A stretch of 63,970 nucleotides of DNA, filler included, from Octopus bimaculoides (GCF_001194135.2; 6 parts of 5 records of this genome joined end to end with filler, not necessarily neighbours in it), one strand, 5' to 3'; positions 11,870 to 23,674 are shown, counted from the first letter of the whole stretch. Notes: a model not told the origin generated them from the sequence alone. Program-made: numbers and translations.

Positions 11870-12186
11870 ACAGCCGTCTTATATTTCTCTGTTATGGCCT
11901 ATAAGCCATGTATATGGGTGCTGTCAGTAAGGTGAGAGTTAGCCATGAGTACAATGACGAATTTAGTGTACAGGTAGGCGTTCACCAAAGCTCAGGTCTC
12001 AGTACCCTCCCATTTATTATTGTCCTCCAGGCCCTAGCAGAGGAATTTAAGACGGCTGCCTCTTGGAAATACTATATGCTGATGATCTCACTCTCACAGC
12101 GGAATCTGTAACATAAATTCCAGGTATAGAAGTAAAACCTGGAATCGAAGGGTCTTAAAGCTAACTTATCAGAGACCAAGGTTCTA
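11870..12186 (+). mobile_element. RTE-clade LINE fragment (RT motifs), inverted relative to its neighbour
   Basis: SKVRV...VQVGVHQSSGLSTLPFIIVLQAL followed by a frameshifted YADD. Confidence 0.8.
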
Positions 12187-12360
12187 AAAGATTATATCGT
12201 TGCTATTATGTTAAACTATCATGTGTCCAAATTTGGCCAAATGCATTTTTTCAATATTTATTTTTGCTTGCAATAACCGGTTCTTCAGTTGCTTCAGATG
12301 TCAGGATATCAAAAATTGCCAAAGTGTAGTACAATAAGTATGAGAAATGACTTCAAATTT

Positions 12361-12562
12361 TGCCACAAGGCCAGCAATTCTAGGGAAAGATTAAGTCGAT
12401 ATCGTTGACCTCATTATTCAACTGGTACTTATTTTATCGACCCCGAAAGTATGAAAGATAAAAGTTGACCTCGGCAGAATTTGAACTCAGAACATAAAGA
12501 CAGACGAAATGACGCTAAGCATTTAGTTCGGCCTGCCAACGATCCTGCCAGCTCGCAGCCTT
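12361..12562 (-). mobile_element. SINE family A
   Basis: Family core present. Confidence 0.85.
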
Positions 12563-12973
12563 ATGAAGAATACGAATTGTGTACCTAACAAATATATGAT
12601 AATGTATGAATAATACAATATACATATGATATTACAATATACATAGGAAAAACTATGCTTATAAATGTATATAATGAAGTATGTATAAACTGCTCCTGTT
12701 TTAAACGAATGATTAAGCTTATAATTTTAAACAGAAAAATGCAAGTGTTTAATTTTTATGAGATTAAAGAATTTTCTCTTTCGTACTTCCTTTAGATTGA
12801 ACATAATAAAATAATCAATAAAGTTGTTTTCTTTTTAACTTCTTTTCAGAATGAGGATTTTGTCTTTAAGCTAAATTCCTAGTTTAAATGGATTTTTTCT
12901 TTAAAAAAGAAAAAAAAAAAAGTAAATTTNNNNNNNNNNNNNNNNNNNNNNNNNNNNNNNNNNNNNNNNNNNN

Positions 12974-12985
12974 TTAATTAATTAA
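12974..12985. other. Artificial gap linker TTAATTAATTAA
   Basis: Flanked by exactly 44 N on each side (100-bp unit). Confidence 0.95.
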
Positions 12986-13029
12986 NNNNNNNNNNNNNNN
13001 NNNNNNNNNNNNNNNNNNNNNNNNNNNNN

Positions 13030-13304
13030 GTTCATTCTGTCGGTTTCTTTTGCCGAGCCTCTAAGTTAAGGGGAAGTAAACATAATAACACCGATTGTTA
13101 AGTGCTGTTGAGGGCAAACACAAACATGCACACACGCACACGCGCGCAACGGGATTCTTTCAGTTTCCATCCACCAAATCCACTCACAAGGCTTCGGTTG
13201 GTCCGAGGTTACAGTAGAAGACATTTGCCTAAGGTGCCATTCAATGGAACTGAACCCGGAACCATGTGGTTGGGAAGCAAACTTCTTACCACACAGCCAC
13301 TCCT
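13030..13304 (-). mobile_element. SINE family B
   Basis: Reverse complement of the family B head and body. Confidence 0.85.
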
Positions 13305-13453
13305 TTTGCATGTGTGTGTGTGTGTGTGTGCGTGTGTGTCTGGTTAATGGATAAGAATGTTTAAAAAAGGCACATAATACATACAAGTAGTGAGATCTAA
13401 GACCGAATCAGATACCTAAACCTCAACAAAAGCGATGAAGTCCAGGCAAATGT

Positions 13454-13823
13454 TGGCACTCCGTCGCTTACGACGTCGAGGGTTCCAGTTGATCCGATCA
13501 ACGGAACAGCCTGCTCGTGAAATTAACGTGCAAGTGACTGAGCAATCCACAGACACGTGTACCCTTAACGTAGTTCTCGGGGATATTCAGCGTGACACAG
13601 TGTGACGAGGCTGACCCTTTGAATTACAGGCACAACAGAAACATGAAGTAAGAGTAAGATGTGGTGAAAGAGTACAGCAGGGTTCGCCACCATCCCATGC
13701 CAGAGTCTCGTGGAGCTTTAGGTGTTTTCGCTCAATAAACACTCACAACGCCCGGTCTGGGAATCGAAACCGCGATCCTATGACCGCGAGTCCGCTGCCT
13801 TAACCACTGGGCCGTTGCGCCTC
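13454..13823 (-). mobile_element. tRNA-derived SINE, family C (tRNA-Arg-like head)
   Basis: Minus strand ggcccagtggttaaggcagcggactcgcggtc...ggtttcgattccc; homologous to 23294 and 39168. Confidence 0.88.
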
Positions 13824-13836
13824 TACCCAGGCAAAT

Positions 13837-13893
13837 AAGAGATGGTTATCGGCAAAGAGATGGTTATCGGCAAAGAGATGGTTATCGGCAAAG
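13837..13893. repeat. 18-bp tandem repeat x3 (aagagatggttatcggca)
   Basis: Direct reading. Confidence 0.9.
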
Positions 13894-14480
13894 TACCGGT
13901 TGAGCCAATGAAGCTATAAAAGACATACACACATACATACAAATCCAGTTGACTAAGTAGGAAGAACAGTCGAAAGCAAGAATTAAAATTCTTCAAAAGA
14001 GCATTTAAGTTATACATCGCTTTGAATCCGTTTCAATTTCCGAATGATGTGTAATTTTTATTTAATCTTATTTCTCATTTTCGCCTCCATTACCCCGCCC
14101 CTCGTTATCTTAAACTTTTATCTTTCCGTTTGCCATACATTGCTCTTATTAACCCTCGGCTGGTGCAGCGGGGTGTGGCTTGCCCCAAGTGATGTTTCTT
14201 TATAAATATCTTACGTCTGGTAACAGTGAAACAAGTATCCTCCCATATAATTTCTTGCCAATGTCTACAGAGTTGATCCATTAGGCTGCTCAGTCTGCTG
14301 TTGGCAAAAGGAGGGAGTATATGTGCAGTAATTGCATCTCGGAGTGTAGCAAACCCCCTCCGCACCTTTCTAAAACATTTCCTTTATTAGCTTATATGCG
14401 TGTCCTAAATTTGTGTTGTTCTCGTTTTTATAACACATCATTATGGTGACTTTGGAAGAATTAGATCCAAAGCGCTGTCT

Positions 14481-14885
14481 CTTTTACTCTTTTACTTGTT
14501 TCAGTCATTTGACTGTGGCCATGCTGGAGCAGCACCTTTAGTCGAGCAAATCGACCCCAGGACTTATTCTTTGTAAGCCTAGTACTTATTCTATCGTTCT
14601 CTTTTGCCGAACCGCTAATTACGGGGACGTGAACACACCACAATCGGTTGTCAAGCGATGTTGGGGGAAAAACACAGGCACACAAACACACAAACACAAA
14701 CACACANNNNNNNNNNNNNNNNNNNNNNNNNNNNNNNNNNNNNNNNNNNNNNNNNNNNNNNNNNNNNNNNNNNNNNNNNNNNNNNNNNNNNNNNNNNNNN
14801 NNNNNNNNNNNNNNNNNNNNNNNNNNNNNNNNNNNNNNNNNNNNNNNNNNNNNNNNNNNNNNNNNNNNNNNNNNNNNNNNNNNNN

Positions 14886-14924
<39 letters not shown>

Positions 14925-15083
14925 CGACGGGCTTCTTCCAGTTTCCGTCTACCAAATCCACTCACAAGGCTTTGGTCGGCTCGAGGCTATAGTAGAAGAC
15001 ACTTGCCCAAGGAGCCACGCAGTGGGACTGAACCCGGAACCATGTGGTTGGGGAGCATGCTACTTACCACACAACCCCTCCTG
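14481..15083 (-). mobile_element. SINE family B spanning an N gap
   Basis: Tail at 14481 and head at 15083; the gap replaces the internal microsatellite. Confidence 0.88.
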
Positions 15084-15609
15084 TGAAAAACTCAACAAAG
15101 ATGCACATTGTGCTCCAGATCAAAGGATCGAAAGACAACGAATAGCTGTCAGATGTGTTTGAAACCCACCTGCTTGCATCATTCATGGTTTTTGCTTACC
15201 GCTTGGTGAAGGGGGACGAGGGCGAGAATGCAAGCAGTGACAACGACTAGATAGTAAACACCAAATGGTTTATCAAATAAAATGCCTGCTCTTTTTGTTT
15301 GCCTGCCTCAGTAGATTTTCCGTTCTTTTTCAATTATCCAATACTTGGAATTTTCATTCTGTAAGTTTAAAATGTCTTGAAAAACAAATTGTACAGAAAC
15401 TCTTGATAAATAATTGTAAAGCAAATGAGAAATAAAATAAAATAAAATACCAGACGTAAATCACGCTAACGGTGTTTTAATATTCAACCGGACCAACAGA
15501 GGGTCAAATCACTTCCTGCTCTTCCACCATTGAAATGTCTTAACATTTTTTTTCCTAGTGGCGGCGATATCTCCTATCATTGTCCAATGTATTCATATTT
15601 GTTTTTGAA

Positions 15610-15757
15610 ATGAGTTGTTCAAATTTTGCCGAGGTCGACTTAGCCTTTCATCCTTTCGAGGTCGATAGAATAAGTACCAGTTGAATACTGGGGTCGATGC
15701 AATCGACTTAAACCCTTCCCTAAAAAATTGCTGGCCCTGTGCCAAAATTTGAAACCA
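15610..15757 (+). mobile_element. SINE family A, 5'-truncated
   Basis: gaggtcgacttagcctttcatcctttcgaggtcgatagaataagtacc. Confidence 0.85.
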
Positions 15758-15805
15758 TTTGAAATCATTATTTTAAATAAGCTTTTTCTTTCTCTCTTTT
15801 TAAAG

Positions 15806-17024
15806 ATGTCGTTCGTCTGTCTGTCTACGGTGAAATTCGACACCCAGTATTTGATTCGGAGCTGGCCCGTGAGCAAAGCTATTCTAGTCTTCAGCTACCA
15901 TCTAAACCAAAAGAAGTTAGCGCAGGATATCTGACACAAATCGATGCATCAAGTTTTCGGAGAGCTCCCCGACTTCAAGATCTAGCACTGGTAGGAAATA
16001 GAATCCGGTTCCTCAGTCCACATTTGTTTCAAAACATTACTGAATTAATCAATCTCAACTTACGAAAGAACAATATCCAATATTTATCCAGTGCGGCATT
16101 ACAAGGTCTTCCAAATTTACAAGAAATTCGTCTTTCTAATAACAAAATTGCTTATATCAATGAAAGATTCTTTCAATGGACACGAAAAATAGTCGAAATC
16201 TATCTGGACACTAATCGAATAAGTAGAATATATAGCGGTTTATTTAATTCTTTGCGTTTTTTGGAAGTGGTTGATCTGTCGCGGAATAATCTAAATGATA
16301 TGCCAAGGAACGTGTTTTACCAAAACAGTAAATTGAAGGTCATTCGTTTGGATAAGAATCGTTTAAAATTATTACGGCCTGAATGGTTCCGAAACTTGCA
16401 AAGTCTAGAGGTCCTTTCCTTGAAGGGTAATCGTTTTTGGGTTCTACCAAATGATATGATTTCAAGACCGAATGCCTTACGTGAGCTCTACTTGTCTCAT
16501 AATTTCTTATCGAATTTGAACAAAACTTTCTTTGATAACTTAGAGCACTTGGAAACGATTGATCTTTACAGTAATAAGATTACCAAATTACCATTCCGCT
16601 GTTTTGATCGCCAGTATAAACTGAAGAACCTGAATCTAGCAGACAATTTCATATCGAATTTAGACACAATGCCGTTTTATAGAGTATCCACTCTTGAAGA
16701 ACTCAATCTCTCTTTAAACTGGCTCGAAAATATCTCAAAAGGTCTGTTTTCTTCGACCATTTCTCTGCTGAGGATTAATCTCAGCTTTAACAAGTTGTCT
16801 GCGATTTACAACGATAGTTTTTTAGGCTTAACTCACATGAGGGAACTGAATTTAGCCAATAATTCTATAAGACATCTCGATGCCAGAGCTTTCAGCGTAG
16901 GAAAGTTGAACCAGCTTTCTCAACTGACATGGTTGAATCTCCAGTTTAACCAAATCGGAGAGATTTTACCTCAAGTCTTCCATGAGGCACCACATTTGAA
17001 ATTTCTCAACATCGGACACAACAG
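15806..17024 (+). CDS. LRR protein, internal coding exon A (about 15 LRR units)
   Basis: Frame open from 15781 to 17040. Strong acceptor (ttttctttctctctttttaaAG, 15804-15805) and donor acag|GTTAGT at 17025. Translation has serial ~24-aa LxxLxLxxNxL repeats (RLQDLALVGNRI, ELINLNLRKNNI, NLQEIRLSNNKI ... HLKFLNIGHNR). No in-frame ATG precedes the repeats, so an upstream exon is needed. Confidence 0.92.
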
Positions 17025-17179
17025 GTTAGTGACTATTTAGAGTAGTGCTTCGCAAGATTTTCCTGTCAACGTCCCAACGCTTTATTGGCTCCCAAACGAC
17101 CATTTCCACATTTTCATACCTATTCTTTTCAAAACTGTTGCTTAGTCTAGCAGTGTGCATGACTTGACAGATAATAACT

Positions 17180-17351
17180 CTTTCTTACTATAGGTACAAG
17201 GTCTGAAATTTTGTGGAAGAGGACAAATGGACCCCGAAAGGATAAAAGGCAAAGTGGACCTAGATGGAATTTGAACTCAGAACATAAAATCGGGAAAATG
17301 CCGCTAAGCATTTTGCCTGCAGTGTTAACGATTCTGTCAGCTCGCCACCTT
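17180..17351 (-). mobile_element. SINE family A with an internal deletion
   Basis: gaccccgaaaggataaaaggcaaag...gaatttgaactcag. Confidence 0.8.
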
Positions 17352-18099
17352 TTTGCAAGAGGAAACAGTTATATTATTAAGTTCAAAACTGAGACAATTT
17401 CTTTAAATATATAATTTCTATTGTTTACTTAATCAAACAATTATCTTTGCAATAAGTGAATGAAACAACATAATCTTAAAATAACACAGTAAGAAATAAC
17501 ATTTCGAAACTTCGTGAGTTTTCTTTTCCGCAAGTGAACTAAAAGTACAGAACATCTAATTTTCTTAGGTTTAAAATATATTCATTTTTATTTGTTCTTG
17601 CTTTAAATTCCATTTTCGTTGTTGAGACCAAAGTCAAAAAGAGGAACAATTTAGCAGCCGGAAGACTGCAATTCTAATTTACATTCGAATCATTCTTTCT
17701 TCCGGTGTAAACAATGTTTTTTTAACACTTCATAGTCAATCGAATGTAATTTGTTGAGTTAGGGGAAGGTGGCGTACAGGGTGATAACTTATAGATGAAG
17801 TAGAAACCATTGTTAGAGAAGAAACAAAGCTAGTGAACGGACATTATTCAGTAACGGATAATTATTGGAAGAATGGTGAATTGGAAAAGGTTGTCGGTCA
17901 AGCAATATAGAAATCAATATCACCATCGTATTTCGATGTGGTTGAATATCGAATTCCAACCAGTCGGGATTTACAGTACGATGTACGTAATTCATCCTTT
18001 CGATCGATGAATACAAAAACGTGTCTCGCGAGGGCCTGTGTTCGGGAGATTTTCCTGAGTCACCATCTTACCTTGTAACTTCCTTCCCTGGATTCTGTG

Positions 18100-18288
18100 G
18101 AGCATATATTCCCCTCTCCCACCGGACTGGATGATGGTCCGTTGTCGGATTACTCATTTTTGATAGCTGAGAGGACTGGAGTAATCTGAAATGTAGCGTT
18201 TTGCTCAAAAACACAACGCATCGCCCAGTCCAGGAATCGAAACCGCAATCTTACAAACATGAGTCGAACACCCTGACCACTAAGTCAC
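18100..18288 (-). mobile_element. SINE, family D head plus degenerate V-domain-like tail
   Basis: Minus strand cttagtggtcagggtgttcgactc...ggtttcgattcctgg...ccagtcctctcagct. Confidence 0.7.
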
Positions 18289-18427
18289 AATAACAATTTT
18301 GGTAAAGGCGGTAGAATGTTGGAACAATTAACACCAATGTCGATTTGGAGATGTCAGCAATATTATTTAAAAAATATATCGTGTTATTGAAGCTACAATA
18401 AATGGTAGCATGACTGTATATAGCAAT

Positions 18428-18630
18428 AAGCTGGCAACGTTGTTAGCGCGTCGAACAAAATGCTTAGCGGCATTTCTTCCAGCTCTTTACGTTCTGAGTT
18501 CAAATCCTGTCGAGGTCAACTCTATATTTCATCGCTTCGGGGTTGACAAAATATAGTACTAACCAAGTACTGGGGGGGTCGAGGCAATCGATTTGACCTC
18601 CTCGACTCGAAAATTGCTGGTCTTGGACCC
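18428..18630 (+). mobile_element. SINE family A
   Basis: A and B boxes plus family core. Confidence 0.8.
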
Positions 18631-19025
18631 TGCGACAGAGTGGCATCATAACCACCAGGATTCTTGTGACTTCGGTCACTTATATGCCATGGAAACCGAG
18701 CAACCGTCCTTCTGAGCCTTTGAGTTTTGAAAAAAAGTAACTGTGTGTGCGTATGTGTATGTGTGTACATGTGCGTGAAACAGTGAGTATGTGTGTGTAC
18801 ATACGTGTGTGTGAACCGTGTGAGACAGTGCTTTGTCTAATACTCATGTCAGTGGAAACGGTCTTCTGCATTCAGAGAGTTTTGAGATACTTAATGGTTC
18901 CTGTAAAATTTTTACCTGACTCTACTGTGAGGGCAAGAGTCTTTTGCAATATTCAAGGGTGACCAATGCCTTCTGAGTAAAATTGGTTGGCTGAAACTAT
19001 GCGGAAACTCGTCGTATGTGTGTGT

Positions 19026-19057
<32 letters not shown>

Positions 19058-19067
19058 NNNNNNNNNN

Positions 19068-19110
<43 letters not shown>

Positions 19111-19134
19111 TTTTTGCTTGTGTTTGTCCCTTTC

Positions 19135-19300
19135 TCTCCACTTGTCAACTGGCATTGGTTTTAGGCTCCGTGACTTAGCGGCTCGGCAAAAGAGATCAAT
19201 AGAATAAGTGCCAGATTTAGAAAAAAAGAAAAAAAAAGAAAGAAAAAGGTATGTGGTCAATGCGGTGCTCCAGCATGGCTGCAATCCAATGACTGAAATA
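19135..19300 (+). mobile_element. SINE family B, 3' fragment
   Basis: gtgacttagcggctcggcaaaagaga...gcggtgctccagcatgg. Confidence 0.7.
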
Positions 19301-19460
19301 GATACAAAATATTACTATGTCTCACATCGCTCTCAACATTAATGGATTTCTTATAGCATTTTGTCATTTTGCTCTCTGAGTATAAATCCTCTCGAGGTCG
19401 AGTTTTTTCCCCACCTCTCTAAAATCTGTCGTGTGTCCGAGCAGATTCAACCTTCTAAAT

Positions 19461-19714
19461 CAGTGGTCCCAAAGTGAGCAGAACTTCCCCCTTGGTGCAA
19501 AGTGGGATGATAATGGGGTGGCCAAAATGGGGTGATAGATGTAAAAGAAAATATATTAATAGTTTAATTAGGTTTAAGTTTTATTTGTGAAATACAGTTG
19601 TTTTGTATTTGCTGCAGAAAGTGGTCTATATTTGTGGTGAGGAGGGAAGGAGGCGCTAGGAATGTGGCCTGGATGCCAAGAAGACGGCACCCTGAAAAAG
19701 TTTGGGAACCACTG
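19461..19714. mobile_element. hAT (Charlie-like) MITE 1
   Basis: TIR CAGTGGTCCCAAA / TTTGGGAACCACTG; 8-bp TSD ttctaaat / gtctaaat. Confidence 0.8.
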
Positions 19715-19722
19715 GTCTAAAT

Positions 19723-20063
19723 CAATGGTTCTCAACCAGGGTCCATATTGTCCCTGATGGTCCATAGAAGATTTTTGTGGGTCCACTCTACAAAATAGCA
19801 AATTGTGGACTGACAATGAGCCCATGAAAAAAATTTGCTTTAGATGAATGTATTGGTATTTATTGCAAGAAATGGCCTGGTTTCTTTCTCGAACATTTTA
19901 CATAGTTCAACCGAGACAAGTTAATGCGTGAAAAACAAATTGGGCATTTTGAAAGAAATATCTATAAAACTAGTTTTTTAAACCCTGAATGGCTATGGAG
20001 GGGGTCCACCAAAATATAATAGTATTCAAAGGGACCCATAGGTAAAAAATGGTTGAATCCCTG
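19723..20063. mobile_element. hAT (Charlie-like) MITE 2
   Basis: TIR CAATGGTTCTCAACC / GGTTGAATCCCTG; TSD gtctaaat / gtctaatt; homologous to 25382-26043. Confidence 0.8.
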
Positions 20064-20289
20064 GTCTAATTCCTTTCCTTTACTAAATGTATTGTCCTTG
20101 CAGCAAGGTAAGAATTTATATTCATGTCTGACAGTGATTTGAGGAAGGCCACACATAAAGGAGAAGCGAAGTCGTTTAAAATGACACCATTACACCAATG
20201 GTATTTTCTTTTATTGACTCCCTAAAGAATTCCACGCTATAAAAATTCAGAGGGAAAGGCATAAAGTCGAATTAAATACTTGATTAACA

Positions 20290-20620
20290 CTTTGTTTTAT
20301 CGATCCCGGTAGGATGAAAGGCAAAGTCGACCGGAGCGACATTTGAAAACAGAAAGTAAAGGGCCGCAGTTAGAATCCGTTAGACATTTTGTTCAACGTT
20401 TCGTTGATTTTATCAATACACAGATGTGATGTAAGAACTGTTTCCAACTGAGGCAAAGGGCCAGCGACTTTAAATGTGGGGATGGGCGGTTTAGATGATT
20501 ATGTCCTCCCCAGCATTTTACTGGTACGTTATTTTATCAACCAAGGAGTGATGAAAAGCAGCGTTGGCTTCAACTAGATTTGAGATCAGGATGCAAAGAC
20601 TCGAATGAATACCTCTGAGT
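20290..20620 (-). mobile_element. Two degenerate family A SINE copies
   Basis: ttttatcgatcccggtaggatgaaaggcaaagtcgac and a second decayed core at about 20510-20590. Confidence 0.55.
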
Positions 20621-20699
20621 TACACACACACATGCACACATGTGCAGAAATATACAAATACAGATAGAAAGAATAAGGAAGAGGGAAAGAGAGGAAGAC

Positions 20700-20935
20700 A
20701 TTACTGTTTATTGAATGAACATGATTGGCGTGGACACGCCCTCTCTTCATTCACGTAAAGAAATAAGTTCACCTACATAAACAAGGAATGGGAGGGGATA
20801 GACGAGGAGAGAAAGAGCGAGGAATAGGAGGGAGGTGGGAGAGAATGAGAGAAGCATTAAAGCATCTGATGTTAAATTATTCAGCGTTGAATCAGCGACG
20901 CCATAACAGCTGTGCCAAAACGTCTCATATACGGA
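20700..20935 (-). repeat. Unclassified dispersed repeat (family F)
   Basis: Reverse complement matches 28045-28240 (tatgagacgttttg...atggcgtcgctgattcaacgctga). Confidence 0.7.
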
Positions 20936-20995
20936 CCTAGACTAGTATTTACTTTAGTTACAGACCCCCAAAGAATGTAGAACAAAGCCCATCTC

Positions 20996-21210
20996 GATTA
21001 TTTGCCAACATAACATGGCAGTCCTGGTTTAGGACGAATGTTGCTGTAATTTAGCCCCAGGAAACATCGTGGGGGTGCTAGATTCCCTTGTTCGAAAATA
21101 TAAGGACACAGATCGTGTCGTATAGCGAGCTAGAAAAGATGTCTCCTGGGGCTAAATTACAGCAACATTCATTCAAAACCAGGACTGCCATCTTATGTTG
21201 GCAAACAATC
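20996..21210. repeat. Foldback/MITE-like element with ~73-bp inverted arms
   Basis: 20996-21068 pairs with 21138-21210 with about 6 mismatches. Confidence 0.9.
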
Positions 21211-22450
21211 TTTACTCCAAAGTACTGTTGCTGAATATCTCGTGTTGTGAGATTTACAAATAGTAATTTTCTAAATCCCATCTCCTTTGGATTGGTACTG
21301 AGAGCAGAAAACACTAGATTAGAACAAAAAGCATAAGGCTAAGATATACATTCCATTCCTCTCTCGGATGGGTCAACCAAATCCACTCTCTTATTGGTTG
21401 GTTACTACGTATCGAAATAGCATTTAGCGTTTATCTTTCACTTGTTTCAGTCATTAGACTGCGGCCATGCTGGAGCACCNNNNNNNNNNNNNNNNNNNNN
21501 NNNNNNNNNNNNNNNNNNNNNNNNNNNNNNNNNNNNNNNNNNNNNNNNNNNNNNNNNNNNNNNNNNNNNNNNNNNNNNNNNNNNNNNNNNNNNNNNNNNN
21601 NNNNNNNNNNNNNNNNNNNNNNNNNNNNNNNNNNNNNNNNNNNNNNNNNNNNNNNNNNNNNNNNNNNNNNNNNNNNNNNNNNNNNNNNNNNNNNNNNNNN
21701 NNNNNNNNNNNNNNNNNNNNNNNNNNNNNNNNNNNNNNNNNNNNNNNNNNNNNNNNNNNNNNNNNNNNNNNNNNNNNNNNNNNNNNNNNNNNNNNNNNNN
21801 NNNNNNNNNNNNNNNNNNNNNNNNNNNNNNNNNNNNNNNNNNNNNNNNNNNNNNNNNNNNNNNNNNNNNNNNNNNNNNNNNNNNNNNNNNNNNNNNNNNN
21901 NNNNNNNNNNNNNNNNNNNNNNNNNNNNNNNNNNNNNNNNNNNNNNNNNNNNNNNNNNNNNNNNNNNNNNNNNNNNNNNNNNNNNNNNNNNNNNNNNNNN
22001 NNNNNNNNNNNNNNNNNNNNNNNNNNNNNNNNNNNNNNNNNNNNNNNNNNNNNNNNNNNNNNNNNNNNNNNNNNNNNNNNNNNNNNNNNNNNNNNNNNNN
22101 NNNNNNNNNNNNNNNNNNNNNNNNNNNNNNNNNNNNNNNNNNNNNNNNNNNNNNNNNNNNNNNNNNNNNNNNNNNNNNNNNNNNNNNNNNNNNNNNNNNN
22201 NNNNNNNNNNNNNNNNNNNNNNNNNNNNNNNNNNNNNNNNNNNNNNNNNNNNNNNNNNNNNNNNNNNNNNNNNNNNNNNNNNNNNNNNNNNNNNNNNNNN
22301 NNNNNNNNNNNNNNNNNNNNNNNNNNNNNNNNNNNNNNNNNNNNNNNNNNNNNTCTTTAGGTGATCCCTTTTTAAAATAAAATATTTATAATGCTATGCA
22401 TTGTGACATACGCCTAAGCTATATTATTTTCTTTTTCATTTCTATTCCAG

Positions 22451-23069
22451 GATACGGGCCCTTCATAATGAAACGTTCCAACGAATGCCGTATTTAAGTA
22501 CATTGCTTTTAAACAACAACGATTTGGAAAGACTGACCGTTGGGCAATTTCACATACAGAAATCACTCTCTCATCTAAATCTAGCGAAGAACAGATTACG
22601 TTCTTTGGAAGAAGGAATTTTTTCTGGATTGGGCAATCTTCAAAAAGCCGTATTTACCTTTAACCAAATAAGCAGCATCGATGAAAAAACATTCGAAGAC
22701 ACACCGAATTTATTTCGATTTGAATTTGCTAATAACAAGCTTTCAACATTCAACTTTGATATTTTAGCTCCAATGCGCAGACTCCACTACGTTGATCTGA
22801 ATCGAAACCTGTTAACATCCCTGAAAGAAACGAAACGGCGAGATATCTTCATAGTGTATTTGTCATTGGCTGCAAATGAATTGGTGACATTAGAGAAAAG
22901 TATCCTCCGTGTGCTGGTCCCTGGCGCTTCGGTTGTTCTATCGGACAACCCCCTTGATTGTGATTGCAAACTACGCTGGTTACGGGAATATGTACAAACA
23001 AAACAATTGATCCTGAGTTTCAGTGAACAAACACTTTGTAAAATGCCAAGAAATGTAACAGGTTTAAAG
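22451..23069 (+). CDS. LRR protein, coding exon B (about 6 LRRs plus start of LRRCT)
   Basis: Acceptor ctattccAG|G at 22450/22451. The phase-2 join gives GHNR|IRALHNETFQRMPYLSTLLLNNNDL, a perfect LRR continuation. Contains NPLDCDCKLRWL...LCKMP (LRRCT). Donor aag|GTCAGT at 23070, phase 0. Confidence 0.93.
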
Positions 23070-23099
23070 GTCAGTTACCTTCTTATTTATTCTCTTATT

Positions 23100-23152
23100 C
23101 GTTCATTCTTTCACTTGTTTCAGTCATTTGACTGCAGTCATGCTGGAGCACC
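23100..23152 (-). mobile_element. SINE family B 3' tip, 30 bp after the exon B donor
   Basis: cttgtttcagtcatttgactgcagtcatgctggagcaccgcct; a second tip lies at 21430-21479. Confidence 0.75.
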
Positions 23153-23293
23153 GCCTGTATATTATTTTCATATATGAAACTCATCTCTCAAATACAGGAC
23201 CCTAGTATGAATCTGTTTACTTAAACTGCTCTCTGTCTTGTGCTAAGAAAGCTAACGCTCTATGTAGATATATCCTCTTGTATTTTCTTTTGT

Positions 23294-23674
23294 GGAAGTG
23301 CAATGGCGCAGTGGTTAGGGCAGTGGACTCGCGGTTATACGATCGCTGTTTCGATTCCCAAACTAGGCGTTGTGAGTGTTTATTGAGCGAAAACATTTAA
23401 AGCTTCACGAGGCCCCGGCAGGGGGTGGTGGTGGTGCGAACGCTGCTGTACTCTTTCACCACAACTTTCTCTCACTCTTTCTTGTTTCTGTTGTGCCTGT
23501 AATTCAAAGGGTCAACCTTGTCACACTCTGTGTCACGCTGAATCTCCCCGAGAACTACGTTAAGGGTACACGTGTCTGTGGAGCGCTCAGCCCCTTGCAC
23601 GTTAATTTCACGAACAGGCTGTTCCATTGATCGGATCAACTGGATTCCTCGTCGTCGTAACCGATGGAGTGCCA
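23294..23674 (+). mobile_element. SINE family C
   Basis: Full head and tail (gggtacacgtgtctgtggag...gatcggatcaactgg). Confidence 0.88.

Noticed and set aside
14105-14365. Minus-strand ORF with HHLGQ...C..R, faintly like a Gypsy integrase zinc finger
   Set aside because: Too few conserved residues to call by eye; needs a profile search.
20717-20763. CCAAT/GC-box-like cluster with a small hairpin
   Set aside because: Lies inside dispersed repeat family F; no evidence of promoter function.
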